Below are positions 10,228-23,549 of a stretch of 64,000 nucleotides of DNA, piece by piece. Below the pieces are notes generated by a model, which saw nothing but the letters and a program-made list of their open reading frames with translations, did no database searches and was not told the DNA's origin. Every line of letters begins with the position of its first letter. Position 1 is the stretch's first letter. Position numbers and translations under genes: made by a program. This DNA is from Octopus vulgaris (lineage: Eukaryota): positions 43,834,001 through 43,898,000 of the forward strand of contig OX597821.1 of the NCBI GenBank assembly GCA_951406725.2, given 5' to 3'.

Positions 10228-13200
10228 TAGGGGGCTTCCATGTCATACATGGAGGCTATGGTTTTGGTTCCCACAATGAGGCGGGAACCAGGCTGCTGGA
10301 GTTCTGCGATGCAAATGATCTTATGGTTTGCAATACTAACTTCAGGAAACCTGCCAGTCACCTAGTCACCAACCGATCTGGTAGACACACTAGCCAAATT
10401 TAGTACATCATCACCAGAAAAAGGGAAAGATGGCTGCTTATAAATGCCAAAACCTTCCTAGGTGAAGCATGTACCCCACAACATAGACTAGTAGTTAGCA
10501 ACTTCAAGGTCAGGGCTAAATGGATACCCAGAAGACGACCATCATGGAGGAGAAGGGTCTGGAAGTTTAAAGATCCTGCGAATGGACAGGGATTTAGAGA
10601 TGTATCGCTTGAAGCTTTTGATGAAATAGAGGGGTATATAGCATCACATGATTTGGAAGACAACTGGAGGTTTCTACGGGACAACCTGCTGAGGGCTACT
10701 GACCAGATCTGTGGATGGTGAAAAGTCCCCTCTTGACCCAAGATAACGTGATGGTGGAACAATGCTGTTGACAGGGCTATTAGGGAAAAGAAACAGGCTT
10801 GGAAGGACTGGAAGAATGGTGGTAGCAGGGAATTGTATCAGACTGCCTGAAGGGAAGCTAGGAAACAGGTTTATTTAGCCAGAGAGGAATCAGATAAGAA
10901 GAAATTTGTGAATATTCTGCACCGTGAGGACCAAAGAATTGAGGTATTTCGTGTTGCAAGACAGTGTGTGAGAGAGAATTGTGATGTCATAGGAGAGAAA
11001 TGTGTTTGCATGGATGATGGTCCACTTGCATTAAACAAGGCTGCAAAGAGAGAGGTTTGGAGACGCCACTATGAAAGGTTGCTAAATAAAGAGAATGAAT
11101 GGGAGAAAGAGAGTCTGCCAAATGTCAACCCAACAGAGGGACTAATTATCCAAATTGACTGTACCTTGGTAGATAAAGCAATTAAGGGTATGAAGATAGG
11201 GAAAGCCCCCAGCCCATCAGGAATCACCGCAGAGATGCTCAAAATATCTGGTAGTGTCAGCAATAGCCTAGTCACCCATATAGTCAATCAGGTGATACAT
11301 GAAGGAGTCAACCCAATGACTGGTGTAGCAGCACTATAGTCATCTGCTACAAAGGTAAAGGTGATGCATTAGATACGAATAATTACTGACGTATCAAGTT
11401 GTTGGATCAGGTAATGAGGTCATGGAGAGGGTCATAGCCCAACTAATTAGGGAGAGAGTCAGTTTAGATGAGATGCAGTTTGGGTTTGTGTCAGGGAAAA
11501 GCACCACTGATGCTATATTTCTGGTAAGACAGCTGCAAGAGAAATACCAAGCCAAAGATAAACCTCTGTACCTGGCTTTCGTTGACATGGACAAAGCCTT
11601 TGACAGGGTTCTCTGATCCCTTATCTGGTGGTCAATGAGGAAACTAGGAATAGATGAATGGTTAGTGAGAGCTGTGTAAGCCATCTACAGGGATGCTGTC
11701 AGTAAAGTGAAGGTGGGCAATGAGTATAGTGAAGAATTTCTAGTAGGGGTAGAAGTCTACCAAGGATCAGTCCTCAGCCCCTTCTTATTCATTATATTCC
11801 TCCAGGCAATAACAGAGGAATTCAAGACAGGGTGCCCCTGGGAGCTCCTCTATGCTGATGACCTTGCTCTAAATGCTGAGTCACTATCAGAACTAGAGGA
11901 GAAAAGTTTCAGGTGTAAAAGCAAGGATTAGAATTGGAAGGCTTTAGAGTCAACCTAGCTAAAACCAAAGTCCTAATAAGTAGGAAGCTAGACAAATCAC
12001 AAACGCCTTCAGGTAGATGGCCCTGCTCGATCTGTAGAAAAGGCGTAGGTAGAAACTCTATAAGATGTACCCACTGTAAGCTATGGACACATAAGAGGTG
12101 CAGCAATATCAAAGGAAGGCTAACTGGGAAGATAGTTTTTGTATGTGGCAAATGCTCAGGTGCTATAAACACTGAAAATGTGCAGCTTCTGTCACATTCC
12201 AGGGAGAAAAACTACAAGTAGTTGATAGCTTCTGTTAACTAGGGGACCAAGTCAGTAGCAAGGGTGGATGCTCTGAAAGTGCAGCTGCTAGAATAAGAAT
12301 AGCCTGGGCAAATTTCAGAGAGCTCCTACCTCTGCTGGTGACAAAGGGCCACTCACTCAGAGGAAAAGGTAGAATATATGATGCATGTGTATGAACAGCC
12401 ATGTTACATGACAGTGAAACATGGGCCGTGACTGCTGAGGACATGTGTAAGTTTGCAAGGAATGAAGCCAGTATGCTCTGCTGGATGTGCAATGTCAGTG
12501 TGCATACATGACAGAGTGTAAGTGCCCTGAGAGAAAAGTTGGATTTAAAAAGCATCAATTGTGGTGTGCAAGAGAGACGTTTGCACTGGTATGGTCATGT
12601 GTTGCGAATGAATGAGGACAGCTGTGTGAAAAAATGTCACACCCTAGCAGTTGAGGGAACCTGTGGAAGAGGTAGACCCAGGAAAACCTGGGATGAGGTG
12701 GTGAAGCATGACCTTCAAACATTGGGCCTCGCCAAGGCAATGACTAGTGATTGAGCCCTTTGGAGATATGCTGTGCTTGAGAAGACCCGACAAGCCAAGT
12801 GAGACCATAACCCATGACCTATGCCAATGGGTGTAACCAGCCCACTTATGAATACCCCTCATTCATTGGACAATAAACTTTGCTTGCGAAGACCTATTGA
12901 GGCAAGTGAAATCAAAATCAAAATCGCTGACGTGGCCGATGACAGTACTGCTTGATTGGCACTCATGCCAGTGGAATGTTGAAAGCACATCTGAGCATGA
13001 TTGTTGCCAGTGTCATGGATTGGCTCCCATGCTGGTGGCACATAAAAAGCACCATTTGAGCATGGTCATTGCCAGTGTTGCCTTACCAGCACATGTGCCA
13101 GTGGCACATGAAAAACAATATTCGAGTGTGGTCGTTGCCAGTGCAGCCGGACTGGCACCCATGCAGGTAGCACGTAAAAAACACCTTTTGAGTATGGTCG

Positions 13201-13390
13201 TTGCCAGAACTGCCTGACTGGCGCTTGTGCACCCACTACGTTCTCAGAGTGGTTAGTGTTAGGAAGGGCAGAAACTTTGCCAGATCAGATTGGAGCCTTG
13301 TGCAACCTTCTGGCTCACAAGTCCTCAGTCAAATCATCCAACTCATGCCAACATGGTAAGTGGACATCAAACAATGATGATAATGATGAT
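10228..13390 (+). mobile_element. RTE-clade LINE (APE C-terminus, reverse transcriptase, 3' UTR), 5'-truncated and pseudogenised
   Basis: APE end HGGYGFGSHNEAGTRLLEFC..SQI. RT motifs GKAPSPSGITAEML, QFGFVSGKSTTDAIF, AFVDMDKAFDRV, QGSVLSPFLF, LLYADDL, YLGDQ. C-terminal WYGHV..GRGRPRKTW. Tail ends in (GAT)n. Many stops and frameshifts. Confidence 0.96.
12930..13230 (+). repeat. ~65-bp minisatellite (about 4.5 units) in the RTE 3' UTR
   Basis: Recurring unit GAGyrTGGTCGTTGCCAGTG..ACTGGC..GTGGCACrTAAAAAGCACC. Confidence 0.88.
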
Positions 13391-13527
13391 ATATACGATG
13401 AGCTTCTTTCTACCAAATTCACTCACAAAGCTTTGGTCAGCCCTAGGCTGTAGTAGAAGGTGCCATACAGTGGGACTGAACCCAGAACCATGTAGCTGGG
13501 AAGCAAGCTTCTTACCACACAGCCATT
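13390..13527 (-). mobile_element. SINE family A, 5' half (tRNA head)
   Basis: GGGACTGAACCCAGAACCATG..CTTACCACACAGCC. Confidence 0.85.
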
Positions 13528-13817
13528 ACTTTACCAAATAATTAAATAAAATATATATTATACTCTCATTTACACACATACACACAGACACATCTATATT
13601 AATTATATACATTTTATTTGTATGATTTATTTAAATATTAATTATTTATATTTTTGATGGTTTACATACTTATAGATTTTATTCACTTATGATGAATGTG
13701 ATTTAAGTATATAAGTTTTATATAATTTTCTTTGTCAAATCAATTCACAATATACAATGTATTCTGTAAATAAGATTGGTATCTTTAAATTAGTCAAGGA
13801 CCTCTGTAGCATACATA

Positions 13818-14716
13818 CAAGGTGGTATCAAAAAGTTCCCAAACTAGTTCTGTAGTGCACCAACAGATGGCAACACATGGTTGCATGCAGAGTGAGAGCT
13901 AGCAGTGACCTTCATGAGATAGTTTGCCAATTGACATTGCTGTGTTTACTTCCCATGTTGTGAAATTTGCGTTTTTGTGATCATATGTATACTGTAGTCT
14001 GTGATTCTTGTCATGGACAGGAAGCTGGAACAAAAAGCCAATGTGAACTTTCGCATTAAACTTGGGGAGTCTGCTACAGAGACATTGAGCATGCTTATGG
14101 TGACCAAGCAACGGGCTGTATGCAATATTTCAGTGGCACAGGTGCTTCAAAAGCAGAACAACATCCCTAGAAGATGATAAATGATCTGGAAGACCTACCA
14201 TAAGCTTGTCCCCTGGATATGTAGAGAAAATTCATCAGCTTGTGCATGAGTGTCGCCAGAGAACAATCAACAATGTTTTGAAGTATTTGAAGGAGAACAC
14301 TTAGCAAAAGTGACTGGATCTGTGGAGCGCAAAGAATTAGATTCTTCACAATAACAATGTACCATTACTGAGCTCTTTTTACTTGTGAGTTTCTCACCAA
14401 AAACAACATGGTATCACTTCTGCACCCACCCTACGCACCAGATTTAACACTGGCAGACTTCCATCTCTTCCCCAAGATGAAAACACAGCTTAAAGGTCGC
14501 CATTTTAATACTGTTGTTGAGAGTAAATCACAGAAGTTACTCAATTCACTTACAGAAAATAACTTCCAGGCTGGATGCCAAAAGTGGCAGAAATGCTGGG
14601 ACTGTTGTATTGCTGTGTAAGGTGAGCATTTTGAAGGAGATGATGTTAAAACTTAGGTAAATAAATTATTATTTTATTATACATAATTAGTTTGGTAACC
14701 TTTTGATACCATCTTG
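13818..14716 (+). mobile_element. mariner DNA transposon, internally deleted
   Basis: ~32-bp TIRs (CAAGGTGGTATCAAAAAGTTCCCAAACTAGTT / AATTAGTTTGGTAACCTTTTGATACCATCTTG), TA on both sides, transposase fragments ILHNNNV and HPPYAPDLTLADFHLFPKMK. Confidence 0.93.
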
Positions 14717-14784
14717 TATATATCCAGTCGAAGCAGTTTTATCTGTTTATTTACTTCATTATCTCTCTCTCAATCTATATATAA

Positions 14785-17440
14785 TTAGGGTTAGAAGGAC
14801 TCAGAGAAATAAACCATACTGAAAAAGAAGATTATAGAAGTTCAAAGACCCAGCAAACCAACAAAAGTTTAGAGACATTCTACAAGAAGACCCTGATGAT
14901 AGAGAGGAGGTGAAGGAAGGGACATATAGCTTAGAGGGCCACTGGAAATTCCTGCAGGACAATTTATTGGGGTTTGCTGACCAAATCTGTGGCTGGTGCA
15001 AATTCCCAGATAGGCTGAGGGTAACATGATGATGGAACAAGAATGTGGACAGCGCTATAAAAGCAACAAGACAGATCTTAAAAAACTGCAAAAATGGTGG
15101 AAGCAAAGCATTATATCAGGGAGCCAGAAGGGAAGCTAGGTGACAGGTTTACATAGCAAAGTAGGATAGTAGAAGATAAGAAGTTTGCTAATGTTATACA
15201 GCATGAGGGTCAGGGATGTGAGGTGTTCAGGATTGCAAAGTAGTGTATCAGAGAAAATAGAGATGTGGTAGGAGGGAAATGTGTGTGAATGAATAATGGT
15301 ATGCTTGCACTTAGTGACTCAGAGAAGAAAGATGTGTGGAGGTACCATTAGGAAAGGTTGTTAAATGTGGAGAATGATTGGGAGAAGGAGAGTCTTTCAA
15401 ATATTGAACCAACTGAGGGACCAACCATCAGAGATGATAGTAGCATAATAGATAAGGCAATTAAGGATATGAAGGTTAGGAAAGCCCCTTGGCCATCGAA
15501 CATCACTGCCAAGATGATTAAAATATCTGATGATGTGGGATACAGCCTATCACTCACATAGTTAATTAGGTTATTCTGGAAGGTGCCATCCCCAAAGACC
15601 AGTAGAGTAGTATCATAGTTAGCTGCTACAAGAGTAAAGGTGACGCCTTAGAGAGAAACAACTATAGAGATGTCAAACTGCTGAACCAGGTCATGAAAAT
15701 TACACGAAAAAGAGAGAGTTATAGCTCAACCGATTAGGAATAGAATTAAACTAAATGAGATGCTGTTTCATTTTGTTTCTGGGATAAGTACCATGGATGC
15801 CATCTTCCTAGTTGCAAGAAAAGTATTTAGCTAAAAGTAAATCATTGTACTTAGCTTTTATCAACCCAGAGAAAACTTTTGACAGAGTTCTCCGCTCACT
15901 TATTTGGTGGTTTCTAAGGAAGCTAGGAGTAGAGGAATGGCTTGATAGAGCTGTACAAGCCATGTACAGCAGTGCTGTCAGTAAGGTGCAAGTTGGCCTT
16001 GAATACAAGTGATGAATTTAGCGTACAAGTTGGAGTTCATCAGGGGTCAGTCCTTAGTCCACTCTTATTCATCAGAGTTTGCCAGGCCATAACTTAGGAA
16101 TTCAAAACTGGATGCCCATGGGAACAGCTATATGCTAATGACTTCACTCTTATTGCAGAATCTGAAGCAGAACTGGAGAAGTTTTAGGCATGGAAACAAA
16201 ACCTGGAATCAAGGGGCTTTAAAGTTAACCTAGCAAAAGCTAAAATTGTTGTCAGCAAGAAAGCAGATAAGACAATCTTTCTGTCGGGTAAATGGCTCTG
16301 CTCAGTATGTAGGAAATGAGTGGGAAGTAATTCCATTTGCTGCACCCAGTGTAAGCTATCGACACATAAGAGGTGCAGTGGAATCACAGGTAGATTAACA
16401 GGTAAAGTCATCTTTGAATGTGGAAGATATGCAGGAACAATAAGCACTAAGAGCACACAGGACTTAGACTCTCTCAAATGCCCAGGAAGCTCTCTTGAAG
16501 TAGTGGATAGTTTCTGCTACTTGGGTAATCAAATTAGTAACAATGGCAGATACTCTGAAAATATTGTTTCTTGAATAAGACTAGAATGGAGGAAGTTCTG
16601 AGAGCTACTACCTCTGTTGGTAACAAAAGTACTCTCTCTCAGAGTGAAAGGTAGATTATATGATGCTTGTGTACTAACAGCTATACTTCATGGTAGTGAG
16701 ACATGGGCTCTGAATGCAGGGGACATGCATAGACAGGAGTGGAATGAAGGTAGCATGCTCTGTTGGATATGCAACATCAGTGTGCATGACTGACAAAGCG
16801 CAACTGTTAAGAGAAAAGTTGGGCATAAGAAGGATTAAATGTGGAGGAGAATGCATTGGTTTGGACATGTGATGAGTAAAGGCAGCTGTATAGAGAAGTG
16901 CTTGTCACTGAAAGTGGATGGTACCTGTGGAAGAGGGAGACCCAGAAAGGCAGGGGATGAATTGGTGAGAACTGATCTCAGGATGTTTGGGCTCATAGAG
17001 GAAATGACAATGGACCGAGGTGTCCAGGGATATGAAGTTGTAGAGAAGACCCTCCCATGTCAGCGAAACTGAGCACTAGAAGCATTGTGTCCCACCCATA
17101 TGTAGCAACAAACTTTTCACACACCCTACTCCAAGAAACTGAACTAGGTCTCCTCCGCACAACTGTATCTTACTCTTCCTCACATTTCCTCTTCTACACT
17201 ATGATTGTCTCCCACTCTTCTTCCCCTTCCTCACTGCCCTGCTGCTTTCCCCCACCCCATCTTTATACCCAGGTTTTCACCAGCCACTGCAATCTCCACT
17301 CCCTACTTGCATCTTCTTGGCAGTACTTGGCTGCGTGTATTATGACCTCCATACCTTGAGACCATGCTCGGGCAATTGCCACCATTTATCTCTCTCTTCT
17401 TTACCCTACCATACCATCTATTGTTACTTGTGAGTACACC
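14785..17440 (+). mobile_element. RTE-clade LINE, second and more diverged subfamily, pseudogenised
   Basis: Colinear with 10520-12790: RKAPWPSNITAKM, YLAFINPEKTFDRV, QGSVLSPLLF, YAND, SFCYLGNQI, WFGHV..GRGRPRK; followed by a different pyrimidine-rich 3' region. Confidence 0.93.
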
Positions 17441-17511
17441 TTGGCACTTCACCACTGAATCTGGAACCATGTTGTTGGTAAGCAAGCTACTTACCATGCA
17501 GCCACTCCTGC

Positions 17512-18087
17512 AGAGTTACTAAATAACTTGCAAGACAAGGAATTTTGAGAATAGGGAATCGTTGGAGAAAAGGATCTTGTATCAGATGATGAAAGGCTAG
17601 AACGTGACAGAGAGACAGAGAGGCAGAAACAGGTGTCATGCTATAGAGAAGGTACATGGTTACCTGGCCAGAGAGAAAGAATGAGGGAGAGAAAGAGAGA
17701 GAATGAGAGGGAGAGGAAGAGAGAGAATGGGGGAGAGGAAGAGAGAGAATGGGGGAGAGGAAGAGAGAGAATGGGGAGAGGAAGAGAGAGAATGGGGAAG
17801 AGGAAGAGAGAGAATGAGAGGAAGGAAGATGGAAGAGAGAGAACAGGGGAGAGAGAGAGGTACAAAAAGAGGACAGAAACAGGTGTGCTGATGTAAAGGA
17901 GACACTTGGTTACCTATCCAGAGGAAAAACAAGAGAAAGAGAGAGTGAGTGAGAGAGGGAGAGTGATCAAGAATGGGGGCAGAAATAGGTGTGCTGCAGT
18001 AGAGGAGATATGTGGCTACCCAACCTCAGGGAAGAGCAAAGGAAAGAAAGAGAGAGTGGGAAACAGCAAAAGTGCAAGAGAGAGTAT
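17512..18087 (-). mobile_element. Insertion with 12-bp TSD inside a SINE A head; GA-rich with three internal ~45-bp repeats
   Basis: AGCCACTCCTGC at 17500-17511 and 18088-18099. Confidence 0.7.
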
Positions 18088-18212
18088 AGCCACTCCTGCG
18101 CCTATATATATATGTATGTATTTATATATATATATATATTATAGATATACTTAATATTATATAAGTAGTAATTTAATATCATGTATATACATTTTATAGA
18201 TATAAATATTTA

Positions 18213-18248
<36 letters not shown>

Positions 18249-18869
18249 TATATATCCATATATCAATTCATACATATTAATACATCGATTGACAACATTA
18301 ATATATTCCACATTTTTTTCATTTTGCTAATAGAAACTTCACCATAAAAGAAAGGTAAAATACATTTTTTATGTAGAGTTATTTTGATTATTGATAAAAA
18401 AGAATTTCCACATTTAAAATACAGTAAGGTTATAATGTCCCAACATATATAGAAAATTACCTTTGAGCAAAATTTATATGGAATTCAGTTAAAAAAAATG
18501 TACACAATTTAGTTAATGTAACAAAAAATGTGAAACAATAAAAAATATATGTGGTATTACTGGTTGTGTTAGATGTATATTTTCATAAAAACAGAAATCA
18601 TAAGTTGACTGTTTAATCTTCTTCTCTATAGCAATTGTATATTTTGTTCAATAGTTTGATTGTTTTCTGAAAGTCACCACAAAGTAGAAATTATTTCACT
18701 AAGGTGAAAAGATGTCTGCTACTAAGTCCAGTTGTGAAAGAATCTCTTCTTTGTTATCTGAACAAGAGACTTGCAATTTGTTAATTCCTTAAGATCTTCA
18801 TTGGTGATGGTCTGGTATAATGATAATTATGATGATGATGATGATGATGATGTCAATGGTTATGATCAG

Positions 18870-19020
18870 CTTCATCATCATTTAATCTCCAGCTTCCATG
18901 CTGGCATGGGGTGGATAATTTGACAGGATCTGGTCAGTTGCAGGATTATGTCATTCTCCAGTATCTATTTTGGAATGGTTTCTATAACTGGATATCTTTT
19001 TTAACGCCAACCACTAGCGA
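18870..19020 (-). mobile_element. Old RTE-type 3' tail fragment
   Basis: CATCATCATTTAAT..TTCCATGCTGGCATGGG..TAACGCCAACCACT. Confidence 0.75.
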
Positions 19021-19133
19021 GTCTTTCATCATTATATTGGTATGTATGGTAAAGTTTATGGTTAGCTGAGGCGGTCTAACAATATCAAAACATGCTTAGA
19101 GTTGTGTTCTATGCCAAAGTAATCAAAATACCA

Positions 19134-19300
19134 TAGGCATGGCTGTATGGTTAAGAAGTTTACTTCCCAATCACATGGTTTCAGGTTCAGTCCTGCTCCA
19201 TGGCACCGTGGACAAGTGTCTTCTCATATAGTCCTGGGTAAATCAAAGCCTTGTGAGTGGATTTGGTAGATGGAAACTGAAAGAAGCTTTTGTCTATATA
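19134..19300 (+). mobile_element. SINE family A, older 5' half
   Basis: A/B boxes, CORE-like block, GCCTTGTGAGTGGATTTGGTAGA. Confidence 0.85.
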
Positions 19301-19725
19301 TGTATATACATATTATATATAAGTGTGTATATTGCTTTCACTTTATACATGCCAGCTCAATTTGATTTGTCCTCAGTCGAAAGACACCTGTGTTATATTC
19401 TTGTTGTTTGTATTTGTAATTGTGTACCATGTTCTCTGTTTTTTGTCTTTGTTGTCATACACGTTCACAAGCTTTCTTACAAAATAATCTAATGCTCTTA
19501 GCTTAGACTTTTTGGGGGGCAACCAGATCGAGCAGTCTCAAGTGTAACTGCTCAAAACTGTAAGGAAACCTGGTAACTTGACTGACGAAAGAAGACCACA
19601 AATGACCTGTTCTTTTTTTCCTGTTCCTCTAACTGTTGTTTTTCCTGTCCTCCTTTGTATCATCTACTTTTTCGAATGATTTATTGTCCTCTATTACATT
19701 TTTGTTCCATTTATTATATATAAAT

Positions 19726-20784
19726 ATCATCATCATCATCGTTTAACGTCTGCTTTCCATGCTGGCATGGGTTGGACGGTTCAACTAGGGTCTGGGAAGC
19801 CAGAAGGCTGCACCAGGCCTAGTCTGATCTAGCAGTGCTTCTACAGCTGGATGCCCTTCCTAACGCCAACCACTCCGTGAGTGTAGTGGGTGCTTTTTAT
19901 GTGCCACCGGCACAGGTGCCAGACGAGGCTGGTGAATGGCCACGATCGAATGGTGCTTTTTACGTGCCACCGGCATGGATGCCAGTTGGGCGGCACTGGC
20001 TATGGCCACATTCGGATGGTTCTCTTACATGCCACCGGCACTGGTATCACAGCTACAAATTCCATTGATGTTGACAGATTACGATTTTTATTTTTATTTT
20101 CACTTGCCTCAACAGGTCTTCACAAGTGGAGTTTTGTGTCCCAAGAAGGAAAGGAATACATAAGTGGGCTGGCTACATCCCAGGTATAGGCCACGGGATT
20201 ATGACCTCACTTGTCCTGCCGGGTCTTCTCACGCACAGCATATTTCCAAAGGTCTCGGTCTCTAGTCATTTCCTCGGCAAGACCTAAAGTTTGAAGGTCA
20301 TGCTTCACCACCTCATCCCAGGTTTTCCTGGGTCTACCTCTTCCACAGGTTCCCTCAATCGCTAGGGTGTGGCACTTTTTCACACAACTATCTTCATCCA
20401 TTCTTGCCACATGACCATACCAGTGCAAAAATCTCTCTTGCACACCACAATTGATGCTTCTTAGGTCCGACTTTTCTCTCAAAGTACTTACACTCTGTCG
20501 AGTATGAACACTGACATTACACATCCATCGGAGCATACTGGCTTCATTTCTTGCAAGCTTACGCATATCCTCAGCAGTCACGGCCCATGTTTCACTGCCA
20601 TGTAGCATAGCTGTTCGTACACATGTGTCATACAATCTGCCTTTTACTCTGCGTGAGAGGACTTTTGTCACCAGCAGAGGTAAGAGCTCTCTGAACTTTG
20701 CCCAGGCTATTCTTACTCTAGCAGTTACACTTTCGGCGCCCCCGCCCCCGCTGCTAACTTGGTCACCTAGGTAATGGAAACTAT
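19726..20784 (-). mobile_element. RTE LINE, 5'-truncated, relatively young
   Basis: ORF 20207-20824 is uninterrupted from YLGDQVS through WYGHV and GRGRPRKTW to the stop; the 3' UTR has ~52-bp repeats and a (GAT)n tail. Confidence 0.95.
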
Positions 20785-20907
20785 ATATAATTATTAACAT
20801 TAGGGAATTTATTTCCGTGTCCATAGGGGAGAGAAATTCAATTTAGTGGTAGTAAAACGAATTTACCACTGTATTATATATATATGTATATATATATTCA
20901 TATATAT

Positions 20908-21500
<593 letters not shown>

Positions 21501-21504
21501 ATGG

Positions 21505-21810
21505 GTGTATAAGCATGCATGTGTGTATGTATGTTTATTTGTGCTTCCTTGTCATGACATCATATGGTAGGGTCAACATCCTACAAGTGGATTCCTTAAT
21601 TTCCAGTCTTTTGCAAAATATGCTTATCCATGACTGGAATATTACTTTACTTGGAAACAGATGAGAGTTTGGTACAAGAAGGGCATCTCACCATAGAAAA
21701 TCTGTGACAATGAATTCCAGTTGACACATGTGCACATGGAAAAACTGGACATTAAAAGTTTGCTGCTGTTGATGGATGTTGAGGATGAAAATGATGATTT
21801 TGATGATGAT
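21505..21810 (+). mobile_element. Old RTE-tailed non-coding repeat
   Basis: TTACTTGGAAACAG..GAAGGGCATC..CATGGAAAAACTGGACATTAAAA; relatives on the minus strand at ~41755-42380, 53450-53660 and 58545-58785. Confidence 0.65.
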
Positions 21811-23104
21811 CTAATATTGTCCTCCTCACATGAATATTTCTCACTCATTATTTTCATGATTGCTGCATTAGCCCTCATAATATCAACCCACTTGAGACTG
21901 CCCTTGGTTCTATGATACAAACTTCCTGCTTTAAAGTGAACTAAATTAAAACCTTCCATTAAAATACCGTGTTAATTTATCTTCCAAACACCAGCTTAAT
22001 GACAAAGTTATTTTACTAAATTTTTCATTATCTTCAAAATTGATTGAAACAAAGTCCGTGTATTTCGTCTGGTACATGGTTAACAAAATGTTTATTAAGT
22101 ATATTAATAGTAAATTAACAAATGGTTATTTAGAGTTGGAGTAAAACTAGTGAATATTGATGTTAGCCAGGTCACTGAATGTTGGTCTATGTACACATTA
22201 TTTATTCAAAGACGGCAGTATTTAAAGAAAAGAGTTCATATAAAGAATCAAGGAGAAATGATCTTACATGCAACAAAAATCAATTGTGATTATTCTTTAT
22301 TATCATGAACATAGCAGTGCCCCAGTATGGTCCTAAATGTAATTTATAAAACAAACCAAAGAACTAATAAACAACTGACTTTTTGATGAGTTAATCTTTA
22401 CATGCAGTGAGAATTACATTTGGCAAGAGATGTTTGAAACAAATGATTCCGTTTTCTGCTTTTTTTGTTTTTTGTAGAAGGTTAGGGTTCATAAAGTTGT
22501 GGCTTTTGTTAATCTTGTTAATCACTATCTGTTGTTTTAATGTCAGACAAAGAAATAACATTAACAGAAGAATGGTAGCTAAATATTGATCACATGTTGA
22601 TGTTGCTGTTGTTGTTATTTCCAGGTCAGGGCTGACTATGCAGATTTATAACCAAATACATTTCAGCTATGAACATCCTGTTATTTTAGGAGTATATCTA
22701 AGGTTGCATAATCTAATGTGGCCTTTAAGATAATATGGTGGTATGAGTCGAGGGAGATTTGGCTGCTATTATTAGCAAGTTCAAAATTCATGTAAAGACT
22801 CCCTTAATGGCTCTTATTGATCTATTGATCTAATGATTATAATCAATAATTCAATAATTATTATTGAATAGACAGAAATTGGAGACAGTTTAGTAAATGG
22901 ACATGAAACATTAATATGTTAACTTGCAGAGTAGTGGCAGACTGAGGATGGCTTAAAGGTGGGGTAGAACATTATAAGGTCTACAATGAACATCATATGT
23001 TTATAATGAATGTCCAATGTGGCTTTTTAACTCCAGGTCAACACTGATTGAGCAGGCTTATGATGAAGTATGTTCCAGATGTGGCTATTCCATCTGTTTA
23101 AACC

Positions 23105-23472
23105 TTGATTTCAAATTTTAGCACAAGGCCAGCGATTAAAGGGGGTAACTAAGTAACTCAATTACATTGTCCCCCACCCCACAGTACTCAACTGGTACTT
23201 ATTTTATCAACCCTGAAAGTATGAAAGGCAAAGTCAACCTCAACGGATTTGAACTTAGAACATAAAGAGAGATGAAATACTGCCAAACATTTTGCCTGGC
23301 ATGCGTTCTTCTCTAGGTACTAGGCCCAAAATTTTTGGGGAGGGGGCCAATCGATTAGATTGACCCCAGTACACAACTGGTACTTAACTTATCGACCCTA
23401 AAACGATGAAAGGCAAAATCGACCTCTGCGGAATTTGAACTCAGCATGCTAATATTTCTGCCAGCTGACTGC
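23105..23472 (-). mobile_element. Two nested/tandem tRNA-derived SINEs (family B, Meta-domain-like)
   Basis: Minus strand: GAGTTCAAATTCC B-box, then GTCGATTTTGCCTTTCATC..GGGTCGATAA..AAGTACCAGTT, present twice. Confidence 0.8.
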
Positions 23473-23549
23473 ATTCCATCTGTCTAATATCTATGACTAT
23501 ATTATTCAGTGTGTCCTTTATTTTTTAAGATCATAAGGCCTGCAAAAGT

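Noticed and set aside
12930-13230. CRISPR-like repeat-spacer appearance (also 17620-18030)
   Set aside because: Units are degenerate, spacers are homologous or low-complexity, there are no cas genes, and the context is eukaryotic retroelement sequence.
21868-22095. Possible piggyBac-like MITE
   Set aside because: Termini and TTAA sites are too degraded, and there is no second copy in the window.
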